In this document: in pieces, positions 56,587 through 64,000 of the stretch
How positions within the stretch are numbered: position 1 is the stretch's first letter
Layout of the letters: the number at the start of each line of letters is the position of its first letter
Origin: an uncultured Alphaproteobacteria bacterium
Lineage (GTDB): Bacteria; Pseudomonadota; Alphaproteobacteria; Rhizobiales; Beijerinckiaceae
Direction: 5' to 3'
DNA length: 64,000 bases
Assembly: GCA_963800985.1 (NCBI GenBank)
Contig: CAWDDI010000034.1
Coordinates: 70,165 to 134,164, forward strand
Translations under genes and position numbers: made by a program
Notes under the pieces: model-generated
Seen by the model: only the letters and a program-made list of their open reading frames with translations
What the model was told of the DNA's origin: nothing
Databases searched by the model: none

Positions 56587-57450
56587 ATGATTCTAGGTCT
56601 CCGGTTGGCCTTTTTGACAGCAACCCTCGTAGGGATCATCGCGCCGATTCCCGCGGCCGGCCAAGCGGGGATTCCTTTGCCATCGCTCTCCTCCGCGACC
56701 GCCGGGATCGGGCCGTCGCAGCCGCCTCATGGCAGCAGCATTTATAGCGCATCATCCGGATCCGAGGACCCGACCGTCGTTGCCCGGAAACGCGAGGAAC
56801 GAGCGCGTCTGAAACTGAGCACGTTCGGCATCATCAATATCCAAAATTGGCGCCGCGAGGGCACCCGGTTCAGGGCTCTGGCGGAATGGTACGGCGAACT
56901 TGTCGACCATCACGTCGACGCTGAAACGGGAGAAATCAAGCAGCCGGAACGCTTGAAGGGAACGCAAGTCGAGAGGATGCTGCGTGAGCGTGGCTGGGGA
57001 TCCGTGAGGGAGGTCAAGCGCGGCGGCGACACCTTCTTCGTGAGGGCCGAACGGAACGGACGGATCTTCGACCTCCTTATCGAAGCGAAGACCGGACAGG
57101 ATTCGGGAGGCTCATTGACAGACCTGGCGGGGGCCGACCTCGGGCAAGTCTGTGAAGTCGACGGACGCACCTGCCGGTTGACGGCCACGAGTATGGACCC
57201 GCTTCCCCGCCGCCGAGGTTCGATGAACCGGCAAGCACTCCGTATAGTGATCCGGGAAACACGACAAAATAAGGATTTGAGTGGTGGGCCCGGCAGGAAC
57301 TTGAGAGACCTCGATTTACTACAAAAAATCAGTGGCTTAGCCAGTCCGGAGCGGGACTCGGTACCTTCAGACGGCCCACAAGCCGCTCAACTACGTTGCG
57401 CTCGCGGTACAATCTCCAGTCCATGCGCTTCCGCACCTTCTCCGTCTTAA
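56587..57450 (+). CDS. Exported PepSY-like protein whose ORF runs on into the IS element
   Basis: Signal 'MILGLRLAFLTATLVGIIAPIPAAG'. PepSY-like 'GWGSVREVKRGGDTFFVRAERNGRIFDLLIEAKTG'. The last ~100 aa are low-complexity and cross the IS end at 57305, so the native C-terminus is unclear. Confidence 0.5.
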   Translation: MILGLRLAFLTATLVGIIAPIPAAGQAGIPLPSLSSATAGIGPSQPPHGSSIYSASSGSEDPTVVARKREERARLKLSTFGIINIQNWRREGTRFRALAEWYGELVDHHVDAETGEIKQPERLKGTQVERMLRERGWGSVREVKRGGDTFFVRAERNGRIFDLLIEAKTGQDSGGSLTDLAGADLGQVCEVDGRTCRLTATSMDPLPRRRGSMNRQALRIVIRETRQNKDLSGGPGRNLRDLDLLQKISGLASPERDSVPSDGPQAAQLRCARGTISSPCASAPSPS

Positions 57451-58110
57451 CCTGCGGGATTGTGGCGCCGATCCCGCGGTCCCGGAGGTGATCGCGGGAC
57501 GGCTTGCCGGTATAGCCCCGGTCCCCGACCACTGCCCGGGGCCGCAGTTTCGGCCGGCCAGAACCTGAGCGCCGGACGGCGCCGCTGGCTCATCAACTCT
57601 GGGAGCACCGTGCGCTCGTTCCGCTCACCGGCAGTTAAGACGAATACTAGAGGCTTGCCTTGCCGATCGCATCGCAGGTGCAACTTGCTTCCGAAGCCTC
57701 CGCGGCTTCGACCAAGGGCCTGTGGGTGGCCGCCTCTTGCCCCTGCCGCATGGCGGTGTGCTCGCACATTGGTGCCATCGATCACGTGCACGTCCCAATA
57801 CAACGCGCCTTTGGCATCGGCCTCACGTTGCATTGAGGCCATCGATCGCGGCCAGAGACCGGAGTGCAGCCATCGATAGTAGCGTGTTGCGACCGTCCGC
57901 CAAGGCCCGTACCGCTCAGGGAAGTCCCGCCAAGGAGCTCCTGTCGCAAGCAGCCAGATAAGGGCGTTGAGGATCGTGCGGTGGTTCTTGGGTGGTCACC
58001 CTACCCTCAGCCTCCTTGATAGCAGCGGCTCCAGCCGTTCCCATTCCTGATCCGTCAGGGCATGACGCTTCATGGCGCATTTCCTCTCGATATGCAGTAA
58101 GCTGAGGCTC
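57305..58110 (-). mobile_element. Decayed IS5-family insertion sequence (~806 bp) with imperfect terminal inverted repeats
   Basis: IRs are 'GAGACCTCGATTTACTAC' (57305-57322) and the reverse complement 'GAGCCTCAGCTTACTGC' (58094-58110). The transposase is '[53 protein letters not shown]...DVHVIDGTNVRAH...VVGDRGYTG...YRERNVVERL'. It has an in-frame TGA (57996-57998, where Arg is expected), a frame switch near 57575 and a short C-terminus. Confidence 0.8.
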
Positions 58111-58145
58111 GTGCCGAAAGCGAGACGCCCCAGCGGAGGCGGAAC

Positions 58146-59105
58146 GTGGAGATTGCGGCTTGGCTGCGGAGCCTGGGCCTGGAGCAATACGAGCCTGCGT
58201 TCCGTGACAACGACATCGATGCCGCCCTTGTATCGCGCCTGACGGGCGACGACCTCAAGGATCTTGGCGTGACCTCGGTGGGCCACCGCCGCAAGCTGCT
58301 CGATGCGATCGCCGAACTCAACAAAGCAATCGATCACTCAGATAGCTTCGTCGTCGACCCTGGGCCAGCATCAGCGCCGCCATTTCATCGATCCAATTGG
58401 CCTCGACAGCCCGACGCGGAGCGTCGTCAGCTCACCATCCTCTTCTGCGATCTGGTCGGGTCAACCGAGCTATCTCGTCGCCTTGATCCCGAGGAGTATC
58501 GGGGCATAATTGCTACCTTCCAGCAAACATGCGCGACCACTATCGCCCGGTTTGATGGCTTCCTCGCGAAGTACATGGGCGATGGGGTGCTCGCCTATTT
58601 CGGCTACCCACAGGCCCACGAGGATGAGGCCAGCCGGGCGGTTCGAGCGGCGTTGGCCCTTGTTCAAGGTGTCACCCGCCTTGAGCTCCCGGATGGCCTG
58701 GATCCTCAGCACGCTCGCGTTGGCATAGCGACCGGTCTGGTGGTGGTCGGGGACCTGATCGGGGCGGGGTCAGCCCAAGAGCAGAGTGTCGCAGGCGAGA
58801 CGCCGAACCTGGCAGCACGGCTACAGACCCTTGCACCACCGGATGGAGTGGTGATTGCGGCATCAACCCGGCGCCTCCTCGGGAGCGAGTTCGATCTGGC
58901 GGAGCTCGGAGCTCAAAACCTTAAGGGCTTCCCCTCACCTGTCTCGGCTTGGCGAGTGGTGGGCACTCGGTCCGGCCGGAAGTCGTTTCGAGGCTCTTCG
59001 TGAGGGTGCAACACCTCTGATCGGGAGAACCGAAGAGCTTGGGAGCCTCATGCGCCGCTGGGAGCACACCGTCGAGGGAGAGGGACAGGTGGTGCTTCTT
59101 TCCGG
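58146..59105 (+). pseudogene. SAM-domain / class III cyclase / ATPase (STAND-type) gene remnant, frameshifted and 3'-truncated
   Basis: SAM domain 'IAAWLRSLGLEQYEPAFRDNDIDAALVSRLTGDDLKDLGVTSVGHRRKLL'. Cyclase motifs 'ILFCDLVGST' and 'KYMGDGVLAYFG'. After a frame switch near 58965-58985 come 'SRFEALREGATPLIGRTEELGSLMRRWEHTVEGEGQVVLLSG'. Similarity then stops just before the expected Walker A. Confidence 0.7.
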
Positions 59106-59205
59106 CATTGTTGCTCATGGGCTCACCTCGTCGGGCCGTTTCCTGACCGCAACCACGAGCCATGTTCTCGTGCTCACCCGCCTCAACCAAGCCGGGTCTA
59201 CGGAC

Positions 59206-59439
59206 TTACCACGTGGACTCAACAGCCACGCCGAGCCACCTGCAGTCTTCTTCCAAAGTGCCGACGTTGTGCTCGGGCGCGGTGAACCGTGCGGGCATTC
59301 GTTCCGGAGGAAGATCCTCCAACTCGGCCGTCCATTTCACATGATGGCGAATGTCAGTCCGGACCAGGCCAGCGACGATCGCCCCATCAAGGATCACGTC
59401 ATAACTGCCGGCGGCGAGCTTGCGGAGGCGGTAGGTCAT
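59206..59439 (-). CDS. Hypothetical protein (77 aa)
   Basis: 'MTYRLRKLAAGSYDVILDGAIVAGLVRTDIRHHVKWTAELEDL' is non-repetitive with plausible codon usage. No family recognised. Confidence 0.4.
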   Translation of the reverse strand: MTYRLRKLAAGSYDVILDGAIVAGLVRTDIRHHVKWTAELEDLPPERMPARFTAPEHNVGTLEEDCRWLGVAVESTW

Positions 59440-59535
59440 CGGTCGTCTTCTCCATTCGCGGACAGACAGCCAGCCTTGAGCTACGTCGCGGAGCAGAGGT
59501 ATTCTGAGACGGGACAGCTTCGATAGGAGAACCGA

Positions 59536-60168
59536 ATGAGAGCTCTTCCTAAGGCGCTCCTCACCCTCGTCTTCGTAGCTGCGTGTGGGCTCATGGCCAA
59601 CGCGTCGCGGGCAGACAACATCGTGCAGGAATGGTCAAGGGTGAACACTCCCCCGCCTCCCGAGCTGAAGTCCGTGACCGTCGATCCGAGGACGACGGCG
59701 CTTCTGATGCTCGATTTCATGAACCAGAGCTGCGGACAGCGGCCGCGCTGCGTTGCCTCGCTCCCAGCTGTTCAGAAGTTCCTGGCCGAAGCCCGCAGCA
59801 AAGGAGCAACGGTCGTCCACAGCATTGTCGCGAACACGACGACCGCCGACATTCGCAGCGAGGTCGCCGCTGCTCCAAACGAGCCATGGGTCCAATCTGG
59901 ACCCGACAAGTTCATGAGAACGGATCTCGAGAAGATCCTCAAGGACCGAGGGATCGAAACGGTCATCGCGATGGGGACCGCCGCGCACGGGGCCGTGCTC
60001 TTCACCGCGAGTGGCGCAGCACTGCGCGGAATGCGCGTCATCGTTCCAGTAGACGGAATGTCTGCGGACCCGGCATACCCGGAGCAGTACACCGCTTGGC
60101 ACCTCGCGAACGCGCCCGCCGTGGGGGCTCGAACGACGCTGACCCAGTTTGATATGATCAGGTTCTAG
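59536..60168 (+). CDS. Isochorismatase-family cysteine hydrolase, exported
   Basis: Signal 'MRALPKALLTLVFVAACGLMANASRA'. 'TALLMLDFMN' and 'IETVIAMGTAAHGAVLFTASGAALRGMRVIVPVDG'. SD 'aggaga'. Confidence 0.8.
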   Translation: MRALPKALLTLVFVAACGLMANASRADNIVQEWSRVNTPPPPELKSVTVDPRTTALLMLDFMNQSCGQRPRCVASLPAVQKFLAEARSKGATVVHSIVANTTTADIRSEVAAAPNEPWVQSGPDKFMRTDLEKILKDRGIETVIAMGTAAHGAVLFTASGAALRGMRVIVPVDGMSADPAYPEQYTAWHLANAPAVGARTTLTQFDMIRF

Positions 60169-60691
60169 CTCGCCGAGCTTGCGAGGTAAGCGGCGACAGT
60201 GCAGCGCTCTGGCATCCGTTGATACGAGCCTCGCAGACCGATCGTCTGACGGCCCGCGTGGCATCCGCGCTTGGACTGCCGTTACCCACCTCCGGCACCC
60301 CGAGCAGGGCCGCCATTCTGGGTCTCGGGCCGCGTTGTGTACTAGGCCCCTGTCTCCCTAAACTTTCACCCCGTTCGGTGCCTCAGCCGCGATGGCTTTC
60401 GATGGCGTTCGGGAGCCGTCGGGAGGAGCCCCAACGGGTCTCGCGAGGACAGGGCTGGACGGAAGGGCGATAACTTGCGTTACCCAACAGTGGTCTCATG
60501 CCGCCGATATTTGGATCAGGCGCGCCTGCGCGACGGGTTCGACAACCCTCAGTGAAGGTCGTAGGCGACAAGGCGCGCGGGAGGGCAGGCTTAACTCAAA
60601 TAGTCTGGTAACTGCTTGGCATCGGCGGTAATCTTGAGGCGGAGTGGAACGTTCCGGACAGCGCGCGATGAAAGCATCGCGAGGTGATTGG

Positions 60692-61675
60692 ATGCGGCGG
60701 CGCGATCTCATGATCGGCGGATTGCTCGCCACGAGCCTCGCAACGCGGGTCACCGCACAGCCGAAGGATCGCACCCGTCAGCTTCTGCTGATCGGGAAAG
60801 CTTGGTCCGAGCCATGGATCTCCGGCTCGGAGTCCCCCTGGTGGGAGATATTCATCATCGAACTTCGCAGTCACGGCTATGTGGAAGGAGCAAACCTCGT
60901 CGTCAGCCGGCATGGGGGTTGGCCGAGAGACTGGCCTCGCGTGGTGGAGGAAATCCGTCGGCTTTCGCCGGATGTAATCGTGACTAGCTCCCTCGATTGG
61001 GCGCGTCGGCTGCGCGGGGTCAATAGCGCCATCCCGATCGTTGTTTCGGCTCTGAGCCCCGTCGAGCAGGGCCTCGTATCGAACCTGGCACGGCCGGACG
61101 GCAACATCACGGGCGTCGCGATTGATATCGGACCGGATCTGCACGCCAAACAGCTCGACTTCCTCTTGGAGGTGGCGCCGGCGGTGTCCCACGTCGCCTG
61201 TTTCGGCGCAGATACGACGTACCCGGGCATGCGGCAGCTCTGGAGCGAAGCAAAACGGCGTGGCGTCAGCGTCCAGGAATTTCCTTTCTCTGACTTCTAT
61301 GAACCGATGTTCGCCGCCATGGTCCGGGATGGCGCTAACGCAGTCCTTGTTCTGGCCGAGTCCAAACATCTCGCCCGGCTCAGCCTCATCGCCAGGTTGG
61401 CGAGAGAACACCGTCTTCCACTCATCAGCCCGTTTCGCGCCCTGACGGAGGCGGGCGGTCTCCTGTCATATGGCGTCGATGGGAAGGACATCGATCGCCG
61501 GCTCGCGGCTTATGCGGCCCGCCTCCTGGGCGGAGCCAGGGCCAGCGAGCTGCCCTTCGAGCAGCCGAGCAAGTTCGAACTCATTTTGAACCTCCAGGCC
61601 GCCGAATACCTTGGCCTCAGTTTTCCGCCGTCTCTGTTGGCTCTTGCCGACGAGGTGGTCGAACGAGATCGGTGA
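60692..61675 (+). CDS. ABC_sub_bind-type (PF04392-like) substrate-binding protein with a Tat-like signal
   Basis: 'MRRRDLMIGGLLATSLATRVTAQ', 'NLARPDGNITGV' and 'PSKFELILNLQAAEYLGLSFPPSLLALADEVVE' are typical of this family. SD 'gagg'. Confidence 0.8.
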   Translation: MRRRDLMIGGLLATSLATRVTAQPKDRTRQLLLIGKAWSEPWISGSESPWWEIFIIELRSHGYVEGANLVVSRHGGWPRDWPRVVEEIRRLSPDVIVTSSLDWARRLRGVNSAIPIVVSALSPVEQGLVSNLARPDGNITGVAIDIGPDLHAKQLDFLLEVAPAVSHVACFGADTTYPGMRQLWSEAKRRGVSVQEFPFSDFYEPMFAAMVRDGANAVLVLAESKHLARLSLIARLAREHRLPLISPFRALTEAGGLLSYGVDGKDIDRRLAAYAARLLGGARASELPFEQPSKFELILNLQAAEYLGLSFPPSLLALADEVVERDR

Positions 61676-61685
61676 TAATCCGCTG

Positions 61686-64000
61686 TCAATCTGGGAACGC
61701 TTGCGCGCCCTGCACGATCTTGACTGACCCCCCTGGTATTTGGATCTGGATCTGGCCTTTGACGGAAACCGGACGGACCCAAATCGTGTCGAACGCAGGG
61801 CGGTAGGAGCCGCTGGCCTCCAGCGACAGCACAAGGTCGTCGTGGATCCGGCGGAGCTGGAAATGTAACTCCAGCCGACCTTCGCCCCGCCAGTCCGACG
61901 TGTCGCCGTCATCCTCATAGAGGTAGGCTTCGGAACTTTCGTCAGGTGCACCGAAGACGATCAACTCGCGCTGCGTGTCGGCGTCCGCATCGATTCCGTC
62001 GGTCTGCCGGGTCACCGGAACCATGGCGCCGCATCGGACGAAGACTGGAAGACGCCCGAGCGGCGCAGCAACGGTGATCGTCTGACCTCCTTCAAAGTGA
62101 CGGCCATCCTGCAAGCCGAACCAGCCGCCCGCGCGCGCCGGAAAGTAGACCTGCCGGTCGGATGCCCCTTCCTCGAGAACCGGAGCGACAAGGATGTCAG
62201 GTCCGAGCATGAAGCTGTCCTGCACATCAAGCGCGGAGGGATCATCGGGGAACTCGTAAAACAGCGGACGCACGACCGGCTCATTGCCGCGCGATGCCCG
62301 CCACATCTGCGTATACAGATAAGGCATCAGCCGGTAGCGCAGGATAATGGAGTCGCGAACCTGAGGAATAACGCCTTCGTGCATCCATGGAAGGTTCACG
62401 ATGCCGTTTTCCTTCCAGGAGTTCATAACGAAGCGCGGCCAGAGAGAGCAGAACTCTACGAATCGGCAGAACAGCTCCTCGTTCGGGTTGGGCCCATGAA
62501 ACCCACCCACGTCGTGGCCGATGTTGAACATGCCGGACAGGCTCATGTTGAGGCCCTGGGTGAGATTGAATCGAAGGGTCTTCCAGGCCGTCTCGTTGTC
62601 GCCAGACCAGGTTTGTGCATAGCGCCACAGACCGGCCGCTCCACCGCGTGTGACGGCATACGGCCGTTTTCCGGACGCATACGCGGCTTGCGCCTCGTAG
62701 GATAGCTTCGTCATTAGGAGGGGCTGTGCGGGCCGTGCGAGCGATTGCGGGAACGGGCGCCCATCGCCGTCGCACATGGCGTCCTCGTCCCAGATCTCAT
62801 ACTCGTTGTTGTCGTTCCAGACCGAGACGACCCCATAGTCGAGCAGTGCCGTCTGAATACTTTTCCGCCACCAAGCGCGTCCGTTCGGATTCGTGAAGTC
62901 GACGTGGAATCCCAAGCCGTCCCAGAACTGCGCGATGGCCGGCTGACCGGTTTCGCTGTCCATTACGAGGATTCCCTGGGCCCTCGCCTCGCCGAGGCGA
63001 GGGTGGTCGTCCAGAAGGCAGGGCTTGAGATTGGTGACCGGCTGCATGCCGGCCTCCTTCAGTCGTTCCATCGTCGCAGCTGGATCGGGGAACTTGTCCC
63101 GGTTCCAGTTGAACGCGTAGCGGCGGTGGCCAATGGACGTGTAGCCAGAGCCGAAATGGAAACTGTCGCAGGGAATCTGATGGTAGCGGCACTTTTCTAT
63201 ATAGTCGGTAATCCTCGCATCAGCATCCGGCGCGTCCGCGATGGTCATTGATGTGGTGGCGAAGCCTAGCGACCATTTCGGCGCGAAGGCCTGGCCGCCC
63301 GTGAGCCAGGAAAAACGCCGCACCACATCCGGCACTCTCGGACCCGCGATGACATAGAAATCAAGGTCTCCGTCTTGCGCGCTATAGGATCGAAAAGGTC
63401 CATGATAATTGTCGATCGTGCAGCCCAGATCCATCTCTCCGACCGCAAGATTGTCATAGAAGACGCCATGCGCGCCCGCCGGACCATCGATGATGACGAA
63501 CGGAATCATCTTGTAGAGCGGATCACTCAGCTCCGCATCGAATCCGCACGGATCTACGGCGTCGATCTTGAAGCGGCGGCCGGTGTGATCGAGAGGGCCC
63601 ACCTTGTCGCCGATTCCGTAATGGCGCTCCGTCTCGGCGCGCGCCATGACGTGCTGAAGCGCGCCCGTCCTGCGTGATAGGAAGTAAGCCTGGGTCGACC
63701 GATCCCGCAGAAAGGGACGACTTTCCCCATTCCGGTGCCAGGCGATTGCGAAGGGGGACAGGTTGACCACGGCGGTGAGGCCCGCCGCTTCGAGAACGAT
63801 CGCGCCGTCCTGCTCCGCAACGGTGGCTTCCGGGCAGGCGAACCCTTCCACGGAGTCGCGCGGGCGGCCCTGGAAGGATGGCTCCAGGCCACCAGGCGCG
63901 ACGCTCCAGCCGCGGTCAAGACGATAACCGCCATCCCGCTTCAGGACGACGCGGCCGATATCCTGCTCCAAAATGCCGACGCGCAGCTCCGTGTCCCCAT
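61686..64000 (-). CDS. Glycoside hydrolase family 31 (alpha-glucosidase/alpha-xylosidase-like), 5' end beyond the window
   Basis: 'GVVSVWNDNNEYEIW', 'QTWSGDNETAWKTLRFNL' and 'GMFNIGHDVGGF' are GH31 signatures. The frame stays open to position 64000, and the ORF-track 'M' at 63971 is a TTG. Confidence 0.88.
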   Translation of the reverse strand, partial: GDTELRVGILEQDIGRVVLKRDGGYRLDRGWSVAPGGLEPSFQGRPRDSVEGFACPEATVAEQDGAIVLEAAGLTAVVNLSPFAIAWHRNGESRPFLRDRSTQAYFLSRRTGALQHVMARAETERHYGIGDKVGPLDHTGRRFKIDAVDPCGFDAELSDPLYKMIPFVIIDGPAGAHGVFYDNLAVGEMDLGCTIDNYHGPFRSYSAQDGDLDFYVIAGPRVPDVVRRFSWLTGGQAFAPKWSLGFATTSMTIADAPDADARITDYIEKCRYHQIPCDSFHFGSGYTSIGHRRYAFNWNRDKFPDPAATMERLKEAGMQPVTNLKPCLLDDHPRLGEARAQGILVMDSETGQPAIAQFWDGLGFHVDFTNPNGRAWWRKSIQTALLDYGVVSVWNDNNEYEIWDEDAMCDGDGRPFPQSLARPAQPLLMTKLSYEAQAAYASGKRPYAVTRGGAAGLWRYAQTWSGDNETAWKTLRFNLTQGLNMSLSGMFNIGHDVGGFHGPNPNEELFCRFVEFCSLWPRFVMNSWKENGIVNLPWMHEGVIPQVRDSIILRYRLMPYLYTQMWRASRGNEPVVRPLFYEFPDDPSALDVQDSFMLGPDILVAPVLEEGASDRQVYFPARAGGWFGLQDGRHFEGGQTITVAAPLGRLPVFVRCGAMVPVTRQTDGIDADADTQRELIVFGAPDESSEAYLYEDDGDTSDWRGEGRLELHFQLRRIHDDLVLSLEASGSYRPAFDTIWVRPVSVKGQIQIQIPGGSVKIVQGAQAFPD

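Noticed and set aside
57447-57600. Programmed -1 frameshifting in the IS transposase
   Set aside because: There is no slippery heptamer. The switch lies late in the protein, near residue ~200. The same gene also has a nonsense codon, which is more consistent with decay.
60520-60560. tRNA-like T-arm ('gggttcgacaaccc') in the 520-bp non-coding stretch
   Set aside because: The stem is only 3 bp and there is no acceptor, anticodon or D-arm context. It is not a tRNA or a convincing tRNA fragment.

Overview
This is a 64-kb, very G+C-rich bacterial segment. The protein set (AapJ-type amino-acid binding protein, ROSE-like leader plus Hsp20 genes, DUF1476/zeta-like, DUF1328, PRC-barrel, GnnA/GnnB-like pair, phasin) suggests an alphaproteobacterium of the Hyphomicrobiales/Rhizobiales type; that is inference only. 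I support about 60 protein-coding genes or gene remnants. I found no rRNA, tRNA or CRISPR array.

Positions 1 to about 35.4 kb look like core metabolism and envelope functions:
- MarR, thioesterase and a DMT transporter
- an L,D-transpeptidase
- malate synthase G
- VOC and DUF882 proteins
- two Hsp20 genes
- an MBL hydrolase and an aromatic-amino-acid-type decarboxylase
- PEP carboxylase
- psuK-psuG
- phasin
- a sugar locus with three Gfo/Idh/MocA dehydrogenases, a DegT aminotransferase, a BadF-type kinase and a CUT1 ABC importer
- DUF899 with a regulator

From about 35.5 kb to the end the sequence looks accessory. G+C is lower by eye, there are long non-coding gaps, one decayed IS5-family element and several gene remnants.

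Most interesting items:
1. A tight four-gene minus-strand operon at 35882-39584: an orphan ATP-synthase epsilon homologue, a FabI with a ~100-aa unexplained N-terminal domain, a tandem USP and an LRR protein. A shortened zeta-inhibitor (DUF1476) homologue lies 6 kb away.
2. A stress-type cluster (DUF1328, a membrane-anchored stand-alone sigma70 region-1.1 domain, PRC-barrel) with a perfect GGAAC-N16-CGTT EcfG-type motif.
3. An unusually high, clustered load of reading-frame breaks. ppc has four, a sensor kinase has at least three, and DUF2076, a second L,D-transpeptidase and a SAM-cyclase-ATPase have one each. These are either real gene decay or assembly indels.
4. A decayed Ro60/TROVE gene remnant.
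5. Two unusual repeats: a heptamer-repeat palindrome and a 99-bp tandem duplication between the Hsp20 genes.

All homology statements come from motif recognition by eye. No searches or computations were run.
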